This document shows, piece after piece, positions 39,001 through 50,686 of a stretch of DNA of 64,000 nucleotides. A model generated the notes under the pieces. It saw nothing but the letters and a program-made list of their open reading frames with translations. It did no database searches and was not told the DNA's origin. Position 1 is the stretch's first letter; every line of letters starts with the position of its first letter. This stretch comes from Raillietiella orientalis (Eukaryota). Both the position numbers and the translations under genes were made by a program. The stretch is from NCBI GenBank assembly GCA_036172245.1, contig JAYWIR010000035.1:806001-870000 (forward strand), written 5' to 3'.

Positions 39001-42000
39001 ATTCAGACTTTTCGGTTCTTGAAGTGAGAATATCGAGAGCGTTCAGCGCTCGAGCGCTGCTGGAGGCAGAGAAAGAGAACGCGAGATTCAGCTTGTGTTT
39101 CCTGGAGTTCACAGTAGTTTTTGCTGTGAACTCCAAAAAGCATCACTCGTTCTTTTCTGACGATAAAGACTATAGTCTTTATCGTCAGAAAAGCGACCGG
39201 AGAATATTGCTTGTTCATCTCAATGGTAAAGACGCGAGAGCAATGGCACGTAGAGAAAATAATAACGTACCATTGCTATCAAGTCTTTTGGAAAATAACG
39301 TACTTGGAAGCAACAGCTGAGAAAACAAAGGATGAATCGAATAGAGGCAGAAATGCTGCATCGGGAGTTAATTTAATATGTTCAGGGTGTCGTCTTAGGT
39401 CGAAGGTTCTTGTGACCTGATCCTCAGGGCATAGTAGCCAAACTAGGACGAATCATTCGGATTGACGCAGGTGGTGTTTGGGTTCAAGCTTCCCTACAGG
39501 CACTTAAGGAACACCACGTTATACAATATGAAGCAGATATCCAGCATCACTTGTCCGGTTTATTCACTTTCAGGCAAGAATTACTTTCAAGAAGATTGAG
39601 TGCACTCTTGTTCCAAGGCTGTGGGTTGAGGTTGGCAATCGAAGCAATATGGGTTGTTTTTCACTACCATGTAGCAGCAAACTCTGAAGGAGAATTGCAC
39701 GAGAAAATGCCGTCTGAGCTCTTCGTTAGGTCATACTCTTGCCTAGTCATCTAAGTGGCAGGGTTAATCTCCGAACTCCGAATATTCATACTGATGCTTC
39801 AGGACAAGCTTACTTTTCGTTCAGAAATTGTCTGCGGAGCTGTCTGTAGTTCATTTTTTTTTTAACGAAGAAACTGAAAGCTATGAAGAAACTGAATCTC
39901 CTTCTTGAAGCTATCTGTAACAGCACTATTCAAAGAATACCTGAATCAGTCTCCAGCACAAAATAAAAACTAAACGCCTTCGCTTGGCAACCTTTCATGA
40001 TAAATGCGTCGTATTTTGAGAATCGGCGTCTGATTATCGCTACACCATTGCTATTGCTCTTATGATGGTTACTGTACGGCTGTCCTTCGTTATTTTCCTG
40101 ACCACTGTACTACTTAAAGATTACCTTTCTTAACTGTGCAACAAGATCATTGGATATTCATAGTGAGCTTGGATTTTGGGTACGTGTATGGGAGCATTTC
40201 TATCAGAGCTTTTTTGTTTGATGAAAAGGAGTTCCAAAGGATGAGTGAGATGCAACCCATGAAAAACCACTGTGTTTAAAACAGTGTGATAAGCTGGAGC
40301 TTGCTCGTTCTTTGACGGAAGGTGATGCTTTCGGCGAGTATAAGCAAAGCCGAGCGAAACCTGTTTGCGGATGAAGCAGGAAGTCTACGACTCCAAAACA
40401 AGGAATGATGAGGAACAGTGGCAGTTTCTGCCGGAACGTCAGCGAAACGGTGACGTGACCGGTCCATCCAGCCGGCATTTGAAAAACTGCTGCATCAGCA
40501 GAAAAAAAATACGGATGCAACGTGAGCTTCGGATGCTCACTAGCAGCAAAGGCTGCGTGCGTAGATTTGTTTGGAAACATGGAGGAACTTCATGCTGGAG
40601 GAGCTGGGCATTGCCTGTGCGTTCTCGGGAGGGAGAAGCAGTAAAGCAGCAGGATGGGGAAAAATTCCGCGTTTCAGCGAAATTGCGGGCTTCGCGCATT
40701 CTGTTATGTCGAAATGGACGGTTTCTCGGAGTGCTTTCGTGCCGTGGTCAGAAGGCGATGCTCCTCTGGAAGGACGAGATGTCTGTGCAACCGGAGAAAG
40801 CTGAGCAAAGAGATCATCGACAAGTCTGATTTTCTTTCTTGCTCGCGGAAGGGAGCGGACGAGCGACGAACAGCCTTCGTTGGGCGCGTGGTTGAATTTT
40901 CGCTCTGGGATGCCACAGCTTCTCCACTTTGAGAACCGATCGCAGCATCAGTCACGAAAATTATGGCGCTTGGGAAGATATGATCTAGTCTAGTATCTGG
41001 AAATGTCCAAGTGGGAGAACTAAATCGCCTTCGCCGTATGACGAAAGAGCGAAATGGAAATATGAGGAAAACTTCGTTTCGTCCTTTCTTTCTTTCTTTC
41101 TCCTTTGTACTGGAATTACACACTTTGCGCTTTCCAAAAGACGGATTCTTCGTGAACGTTTTATCGGTTCAGATAGAGATCCAAAACTTCGGTCAAGTAG
41201 TCATGAGGAGATGAACTAGGGACTAGGGCTCCGGGGCATACATTGCAAAGTAAACCATGGGAGGAGAAAGAACGGCAGAGGGCTGCAAAGGAAACCAGTT
41301 CGGAGAAAATTTCTAGCGTAATGACGATGGATTCAAGACAGAGATTTCTGTAGGAAAAAAAACAAGCTACCTTGTTTTTCGCCGGAAAATAGGCACGGTG
41401 TGTCGTTTCTGTTGAAATCCGACGGGAATCATCCAAAGCAATGAAGAATAAGGTGCAAACCCTATATGTTCTTTTAGGAGATGAGTAAAAGTGACCAAAT
41501 GGATGATCCTCGTATATTCAGTTCGTCGAAAATTTCCGTATCTTTATTTGATGCGCTAGAACACCTTGGCATGAGTATCTGGAATAGCACGATTAACAAG
41601 AAAAACAGTCTTATCATGGGTTGCCGTTGGCGAGGTTGAAAAATAGACTTAAGCGGTTCTGTTATCGGAATTTCAGCCATTCGCAGCTTTCATCAAGGAA
41701 TCCGTTGAGCATTAGAATCAAAATGATGAAGGTCCCCTTTTTATGATGGAATATAACGTATTGCAGAGGAGACAAAATTGTCATGATAGAAAGCATGCCT
41801 TGGTATAATAAAAGAAGCAAAAGTTTCATTTTTCTTGAGCGCGCGGGCAAACAAATAAAGTAGATATAGGAGGAGTTTTTTTTTTATGTATCCTCTAGAA
41901 GATCCCTCACTGAACGGAGCTCCCTGAATAGGAATCCGGGAGCAGAAACAAGCCCTAAGAGTCAACGACTGGAAGTCGATTCTACGGGAGAGCTTCGTGA

Positions 42001-44949
42001 CTGTATAGGTATCCCAGCTGAAGATTGCTCAACCGCCAACACACGAACATTCCAGAACATAAAAATTTTGTTTTGAGACCGTCGATTAGAAATCTTATGA
42101 GTTTGAGAACAGTTTTAGCAGTTTGAAGAAAACTTTATTTGCTCATCTCCTTCGCACAAGTAGACGTTGATATAGAGGAGGTTAATCTAGCCTGCTGACA
42201 CTGGCATTGACGTATATCTTTTTAAAATGTGCTCAGTTAATAATGTGTCATCAAAATCTACACAAGGTTTACTGACATATTGTAGGCCACAGAACGTAAA
42301 AGAAAAAAAGGGCGATGCAGCAGCTTTTCTGCAAGATTTCTGCAAGAATAATTTCAGGGAAAAGTTTACGTGTTAACTAAGCTTACACTTGTTAGAGAAC
42401 AAAAAGTTTATAAAAGTGAAAATTAAAAAATGGAACTTGATCATTCTAAAGCAGTTCTTCCAGAAGGTTCTAGACGAAGAGCAAATATTGCTATCAGGAT
42501 GGAATGACCTGTGATATAACGGAAACTTGCATCCCGAATGAATCATGTGTTATTTGTGTTCGGTACGCTTTAAAATCCAACAGGACAGTTTGCAATAAGA
42601 AATTATCCCTTGATTTTCAGGTGTTATCCTTTTTAAATGTAGGAAACTCACTTCTCTATGCACAGGAACACAGTAAGCTTACGTGTGCATTAGCATTAGG
42701 AATGCTAAGGATTATGAAGCAAAAATGCTAGCAAAAATTAAGGACATGATCAGCTTTACGGAAAGCAGCCGGAGAACAGATTTAAATGCGATCTTAAATC
42801 TGAATCCGTGTGTTTGCTCCTGGGAATGATGTGGGAAGAATAGAGAATTCCAGGCAGTGGTGTATGTGGTCTGCCAACTATCCAACGATGGACGAGTAAC
42901 TCGAATCGTTTAAATTTACGAATTTCGTTTCAACATTTCATTTCGTATTTTGGTACCAGTGTTCACGTGGAATTTGGGGAGTTTCACGAAATGATAAGCC
43001 AAATAATGATACACTTTAGAAGTGGAGCGTCGTCGAACTTTTCGTTCCTCTGCTGCTGAACACCGCGGTCGAGATGCTTTGCCCAATTTTAAAGCATCTT
43101 GCAGCAGTCCTTAGCAAGAACCGTGAAGTTCCACGCACCGGGCAAAAGCACTGAAACAAGCAGGACGAAGAAAGGCAACCAGGAAGGTGGCCCCACCCCT
43201 CCCCCCAAAACGACATTCCGGGGTTTCCGTGCTCCCCCCAAGATTCAGCTTGGCTTGGCCGACTCCGCGGACTCTTCTGCCGAGCTTCCACTCGGTCCTG
43301 GAAGAACTTTGCTGCAAAAACCGTTGGTCAGTTTCGAGGCTGATTTTGCAGTCCGGTTGATTTGCTGACCTTCCATGCCAACATTGCCCGTGAAGAGCGG
43401 TCGCTACACCAACCAGTCTGAAACTCTCAAAGTGTAAAAAAAAAATTATGGGCTTCGTTTTCTTTTTCTCTTTTCTCTCTTTCTCATTTCTCCTCCCCCC
43501 CTCGTTCTCCCGGTCAAAAGTTGACAAAAAAAGAAAAAAAAAATTGACGTTTCAAAAGTTAAATCGCAGTTTGCCATCTTACGGGCTAAATGCTAATCGA
43601 ATCGTTTTTGCGTAAATATCTCTTGTGTAAAAGGTTCATTTTTACTTCCACTTGACATATCGAAGAATCGTGTACTTTTACTGTACGTTTACTGTGATAA
43701 GGTGTTCAGTCCCCACGATTTGTTTGTGATAACGTGTGTTATAGTAAAATGCAGCTCTAATACTTTGCAAGCGAAACGAATATATGTAGCGTATGGCAAG
43801 TTGGGGTGTTCCTTGAGACACTTTGATTTCGAGTGTTGTGTGTACAAGTGAAATCAGGGTGTGTTATGTAGGTGTTCCAGGTGAAGTAGAAGAATAATGG
43901 ATGTGTTTAAAACCACACTTTGTGGACTTGGTTGATCGAAGCTTTTCAAAGATGAGGTAGCTGGACAGTGTTTAATGTGATGATTTGAGAAAGTAAGGCT
44001 GTGTGAAACTGGGTATCTCCCAACATCATTGAGTCTCTCCAATGGTGATTTTTGTAAAGAAATAGATGCCCGGGTGGTTTAATGCGTTCGCTGATTGAAG
44101 CTGGAAGAAAAAAAAACGAACATAAATAAGTTCGTTATCAACTATTCTCAAATGTTAGCAAGATGAGTGGAGACCCTTCTGCGTTTCCCTTTTGACACAG
44201 CACCTCAGTATCATACTTTACAACTCTTAGCAAGCTTCCTCACTTTTGATTCTCACGCAGTCTGTTATGTGATGTTCAGGATTTAGAGTTTGATGATTCA
44301 AATGTGATGCTATTTGGGTTATTGTTCTTTGGTGTTGTTCAAATATAGAAAATTGACCTCGTGTTTTTTTAGAAGTAAATGTAAACTTGAAATATGCCCA
44401 AGCAGTTCGATACATTAAGTGCACGAAACTTCTTAGGTTGCATTTGTAGTACAATTCCATAACTTCACGTTTCGTCATTCCAGCCAAAAAAGTGTTCATT
44501 ATGAAATAATGACTTTTTTTTTTTTTTTTTTACTACTTTAGTACTTTTTGTGTCTCATCTGCATTAAAACATCGACACTTGCATATGTACTCCTTCATAG
44601 GAGTGAATGCAGATTTTCCTTTGTCCTAGTTTTATTTGATCTATTCTTTTGCTTGCTCTTCTTTGTTGCCCTGATGCATAAAATTGATTTGCTTGAAACT
44701 CAAAGTTTTGGTAAACTATTTAATAAGATATAGAAAGAAATTTTATTGATATGCCCCAGAATGTCTTGGAACTATGATAGTATTGACATGTAAAGTTATG
44801 AAGTACTTTTGGTTTTATGCTTCATAATTGGACCCAAGAAATCTATTTGGTTTATGTTTTTCAGCAAACCTGCTTTCGGCATTATATATTTATGTAAAAG
44901 AATGAGTTAAGTTCATGTAAATTATCAGTAATTTTTTTCAGTAACATCC

Positions 44950-44973
44950 ATGAGCTCTCTGTTGTCAAAGTGA
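44950..44973 (+). promoter_or_regulatory. Upstream ORF (MSSLLSK*) whose stop overlaps the Cip4 start codon (TGATG)
   Basis: ATG AGC TCT CTG TTG TCA AAG TGA at 44950-44973; the main ATG is at 44973-44975. It lies downstream of a probable splice acceptor (tttttttcag ending 44941). Confidence 0.55.
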
Positions 44974-47792
44974 TGAAAACAAATTGGGGATTGGAACTGT
45001 GGGTAAGTACAGGGGAACTAGTTCAGTGTTTCAAGTAGATTGGTTATGGAGCATATATTTAATTTCACTAGATATTTAGTGTTATTGGGTTATAAATATT
45101 AAAGTAATTTTGAAAAATAGTTACGATGATGTGTAGAAGTTTTCATTACTGTTCTTTCATACAGAGAATGCTAAAGTGCAATTCATCTTGCTTTTGATTA
45201 GAAATATCGGTTTTCGTAATATTGCCATTTTCCTCAAAGTTTATCCTTAAAAACAGTTCCATTCCTCTCCATAAAGCTAATATTTGTTGTACATGCATAA
45301 TTATTTCAGGACCAGTATGATAATCTGGCTGCCCATACACAAAAAGGTATTGATTTTTTAGAAAAGTATGGTGGAATGGTGAAAGAGAGGTGCACCATTG
45401 AGTTAGAATATGCTGCCAAGTTGAGGTAATGATCATAGGTGTGAATATAAAAAAATGTTATTTTTGATTTGGTCACTAGATGAATGGAATAATTTTCATG
45501 TTTTTCTGTTTTCATTCGGTGTATCTAGACCATTTGCACAATTGGTGCATACTTTGGCACATGTACTTAATTTTGCCAAGCAAGAAGCTTGCTTGACAGA
45601 ATCAGAAGCATATTTCTTATTTGCTTGCTTGATTTGGCAAAACTTTACATTTCCTCATCATGGAGTCCTGTATATAATAATAATAATAATAATAATAAAA
45701 ACTCAGAAGTAAAATAGGTACTTCTGCATTTCTAAAATGAAGTTTTGTAGTTCAATGAATTTTCATTTAATTAATGAGATGAAGGAGCAAACTAAATATG
45801 GTATAACACCTAATACGGTAGTCAATGTGTTGCATATTATGACAAAAAATGCATCATATTAACAAAGCTCATCAAAATATTCTGTCATAGTGCTGAGTAA
45901 GAAAAACTAGTTTAAGATACTTTTGTGATATGTTTTCAGGAAGCTTGTAAAATCATACCAAATTAAAAAAAAGGAGGAGGATCAAGATTTTCTGTGAGTT
46001 TTTTGTTCAATACAAACAAACATTGTGTATCAGCTTCAGCACCCATCAAGCTTTCAAGGAATACATGTCAGAAGTAGGATGCCTGGCAGGTCAACATGAA
46101 CTTATAGCTGAGAATCTCACTTCTGTTGTTCTCAAGGAGCTGAATCTCGTGGTGGAGGATCTGAGGAGGGAGAGAAAAAAAGTAAATGGTTTTTGCATAT
46201 CTAGCTGCTTTATGAAAAAAAAAAATCTTTGTTTTTAAAAGAATCTCCAGGAAGGGAGTCGTCATATTGTGTTGTTGCAAACCCAACAGAACTCATTGGG
46301 AAAGGCTCGACATTTATACGAAAAAGCATTCCGAGAGGCAGAGAAAGCCCTGGAAAATTTTCAACGTGCTGATGCTGACCTGAATTTATCACGTGCTGAG
46401 GTTGAGAAGCAACGCACCAGCACAGCACTCAAGCAACAGCAGTGTGATATCAGCAAAAATGAATATGCAAGCCAGCTGCAAAAAACCAATGAGGCACAGG
46501 TAGCTTCAGCAAGTGATGTCCATGCATTTCTGTTGTGTAGTACAAACATTACCACCGTGTTATCCCAACAATATTTGAGGGTCTGCAGCAAGTTGAGCGC
46601 AAACGTATTGAAACCTTGCGCCAGTATATGTTGACTACTGTTGAAATCCAACGTAATATACTGCCCATTGTATCACAGTGCCTTGAAGGCATGGTGGGAG
46701 CAGCTGACTCTATTGATGCAGATGCAGATGCCATACTTGTTGTAGAGAAGTTTAAGTCAGGCTTTGCTCCTCCAGATGACATTCCATTTGAAGATCTGAG
46801 CAATTCAGGTTCAGGAGTAAGCAATGCATCAAGTGGTACAGATGGACCAGTAGATAACCGGCGCTTGACATTTCGTGGTACATTGTCAGCATCAAAACTG
46901 CGTAAACGTGGCAGATTGTTGTTCAATTTTGGTAATAGCAAGGTGAGCGAGCTATTAGTTTTCTGAACATCAAAATTATCTGTAGGATGATTTCTCGGAT
47001 TTGCCACCCAACCAAAGGAAGAAAAAATTACAGCAGCGTATTGATGAGATTAATGGACGCATCCAGCAAGAAACTGCTGCTTGGTAAGAATTATTTTTTC
47101 ATGTACAATGAGAAAAAGTTGATATTATAGGGATGGGCTTATGAGGATGAAGGGTGTGTATGAAGCAAATCCAAACTTGGGAGATCCTGCCAGTATAGAG
47201 AAGCAGTTGTTGGAAAGTGGAAGGTGTTTGGAAAAGTTACGATTGGACCTCCAGCATCATCGTACATTGTTGGATGCCATGACGCATCCACCTAATGGGA
47301 TTCTTGGAAGCCATTCAAATATCTCTGAAGATTCAATTTCTCGGAGTACATCAGAATCTAGTGTTTCTGCCACTGTTCGAGATTCTCACCCTGGGACCCC
47401 AGTGCCTTCTAGCTGGCAAGTTTTATTGATATCAAGTTTCTCATTTTCTAGATAATTAGCACTGATTTGGAGATCGTGACAAATCAAACTTCAATGCCTG
47501 ACTATGAGGAAGATGTTAGTGATGGAGCTTATTGTGAGCTGTTACCCATAATTGGTACTTGTCGTGCACTGTATTCATTTGATGGTTAGTATGCTTATTG
47601 CCCTACTACAGAGGTGATGCATGCAATTCTCCAGCTCCAAGTGAAGGTTCCATCCCATTGCACGAAAATGAGAGTCTCTTAGTCATTGAGCTTGATCAAG
47701 GTGATGGTTGGACACGGGTTCGGAGGGCTGATAACTCTGAAGAAGGCTTTGTCCCAACATCATACATTAATATTTCGCTCAAAACAAGTTAA
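44973..47792 (+). CDS. Cip4: CIP4/FNBP1/Toca-1 family F-BAR-HR1-SH3 protein, about 560 aa, 10 coding exons
   Basis: Exons 44973-45002, 45310-45425, 45940-45993, 46034-46181, 46242-46499, 46541-46942, 46986-47083, 47131-~47419, ~47452-47584 and 47635-47792. N-terminus [31 protein letters not shown] (FCH/F-BAR), then [16 protein letters not shown] and [17 protein letters not shown]1 region [21 protein letters not shown]...[14 protein letters not shown]-terminal SH3 [19 protein letters not shown]...[11 protein letters not shown]...EGFVPTSY. The exon 8/9 boundary is ambiguous. Confidence 0.95.
45675..45698. repeat. (TAA)n microsatellite in Cip4 intron 2
   Basis: taataataataataataataataa visible. 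Confidence 0.85.
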
Positions 47793-49057
47793 TCCCAACG
47801 ATGCTCTAGTCATAGGGTTGCTGCTGAACTGCAACTCTGTGCTCATTCTTCTATTTGAGACTCTTGTGATACATGTGCGCCATTATGCTAGGAATCATTG
47901 TTGGAAGGGTGTTATTCAGGTGCCAAATAAGATGAACATTCGTTTACTCATATCATCGATTGTTGGCTAATGTAGTATACAGACCTACTTTGAAAATTTT
48001 TATTTCGAGATATTTTCATTGAAATCAGCTACTGTCTTGTTTGTGCAAGGACATGTTTTTATGTTTGACATAAGTGTTTTTTACACCCTGGATGCTTATT
48101 ATTATAAATCCCCTGACTATTGTTTTCATAAAAATATAAACGTTTTTATTTCATTTTTGACCATCAGTGAAGTGACTTGAGTTTTGAATGAAATGGATTC
48201 TAAGAAATCTCGATTACTGATTTTCAGTAGAAAGAGAATTTGTGGGTGATCATTAATTTAAAACAAGTATATACACTCTGTACGTTTTTTTTCTTTTAGA
48301 CCGTTCTTTTTGTTTTTAGTCTCAATTTTTATATGTGAAAGCTGTGCGCAAGACTCGGTAGCCAGTGCAGCGAGGCTTAACATCGAATTCCCAAGTGGCG
48401 AAGTCCTGGTAGCCTGAAGCATTAGGCGCACGCTGGTTTCATGTTAAGAGTAAAATAAATACTGTAGGTTTAAGGAAAGACATTTAGACTATTGTTTATT
48501 TGAATTTTTTTTTCGATGGCACGAAGTGCTTGAAAGCGTCGAAACTCGAATTATTTTCACGTGTTGATGTTTCATGTTTACGCCGTCGCATTTTTGTAAA
48601 GGATGCAGGTATGGATTTCATTTTAGTGCTCCAGAATGTTTATTTTGCTGCCGGAGTATGTAATGGATTTTCAAGAAATGGATAAATGCAATGAAGTATA
48701 AAGAAGTTGCTTCAAACTATTGAACCGAAAATAATGAAACCTAAAATCCGTAAACAGATCAGAATGCATTCTTACATGGTTACAGAAATCCATAAGTATT
48801 TATCATGGAAAACAACCACAATTTCAACCGATATCCAAACAGCCTGTGGATGGGAACGTTTATTTCAGTAGCAGTTTGTATAGGACTGAGAAAAATTTTT
48901 GACGGAAGGTGCATGGAGTTTCGATACGCAAAGGAGTATCAAATGGAAACCCTGCTCCCCAAACTGAACTTTGCAACTCGCTAATCGTGCTTTTAGCGTT
49001 AACCCTTTTGCAATAAGTGCATTACAAAGTCGGCGAAGTTTATATTCAATCTATTCA

Positions 49058-49107
49058 TTTGTGGTGCTATTCGGCCTGAAGGCCTTTGGGCCTAATAACA
49101 CCACAAA
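49058..49107. repeat. 50-bp imperfect palindrome
   Basis: TTTGTGGTGCTATTCGGCCTGAAGGCCTTTGGGCCTAATAACACCACAAA: 21 of 25 symmetric positions are complementary. Confidence 0.85.
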
Positions 49108-50686
49108 CATTTTATTGCTTTCAATCATTTGGTCATTAAGGCGAATTTTCCAAACTAGCTCCATGGGCCAGTGGTAAGCGTAAGTGTGAAAGAAGGATAA
49201 CCAAATGTTTCGGAGAGCCATAGTGAAAGATGGGCAAGATCTTAAATGCAGTTTGTATTAAAACTAGTATTTTTAGACACCTCTTGAAGTGATGAGATTC
49301 CAATGCGAAACTGCGCAAATGCTGGATTTGTCCGGGTTTGTGAAGATAAACCTATCAAGTGAGAATGCAATTACCAAACGATTATTGCTTTTGAGATTTC
49401 TTGGGCTGGTTCCAAATTGTATGTCTCGAGACGGCAAGCTCTTTTTTGTATCAGGCAGCCTGTGCTCTGCTGCTTTGTTCTCAGCATGTTTTTCTTGCAC
49501 ATGACTGTATTAGGGAATTTGCCACTCCGGAGAATCGTGACTGTGGTAAGGCAGGTGAAATCGATCGTTTTTGCGAGTTTCACCACCGTCCGTTGTAAGT
49601 AGCTTGTTATTTAAGAGATGCAGAGGGAATGTCGAAAACTGGATCTCTACAAACGAAAAGACAACAACAACAAAAATAGGTTCCCCACGCGCAAAAAATC
49701 TACACTTACAAGTTAACAGAAAACACAGGACTAAAAAGGACACAGAAGATTCTTTGGTTGGTTCCAAGGTCTCGTTTTGAACACAAATTAGCAAACTCTT
49801 AAGAAACTGCATAGAAGCGAAAACCACTCTATAACAGGAAATTTGAGCCGGAGTTGCGGATCTGGTCTTCCTGCAAAGTTGTTTCTCAGCAATTTGACGG
49901 ACTTCGGAGAATAATGAATGACAGAATAGAATCTTCATCGGTGGAGGTGTATTGTTCGGAAAGGTGCTCGTATATATTCTTTTACACAATGTATGTGCAC
50001 AATATTGCACAATACAAGCTCCTTTGAAGAAAACAAGTCAATCCCGAGAGGCGAAGCCAAGTGAAGAACAAACAAACGAAGACGTTGTGGGGACGAAGTA
50101 CAAAAGTTTTAACAAAATCGAAACATCTGGAGTACAGAGTCATCGGAAGGAAAGGCAAAAGAATTTTCGTATTAAGAATGAATCATTTTTGTATGTGTGC
50201 TTCTTGTATAGCAGATGAATTTGTAGCATTCGGTGAATACGCAAGATCTCCTTTCTCGAGCGTTTATTTTCTGATGAAAGCTCAGAAAGTTCGATATGCC
50301 TCGTGGGATCAAGCAGATGAGAAAGAGATTTTGGTATCATGGCAGGCTTAGTAGTTCCGCGAATTATTACTACTGAGCGTTGAATAATATCTGAGTTTCT
50401 GAGATACAGTCCCCAGTCCCAGTTTCAGTTCCTCACATGCTCAGCTTTCCTCTTGTTGCGTGCTCAATTCACAGACAAAACTCGCAAGAAAGAGTGGGGC
50501 AGGGGGAAAAAAAAGAAAAGAAAAAAAAAGGTGAAACTGCGTGGGGTGTTTATTCATGGATGAACACACGCACTAATCAGCGGTACCATGCATTTCGAGA
50601 ATAAATATGCGCAGCCATCTTCACCCGATGCCTACGGATTCTGTCGGCATCTCGGAAATCAGGCGAGACAGGGGAATGGTTGTCAG

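Noticed and set aside
41474..41850. Short minus-strand ORFs with hydrophobic N-termini (MIRLFFLLIVLFQ...)
   Set aside because: No convincing splice donor or continuing exon chain; hydrophobicity is explained by T-rich composition.
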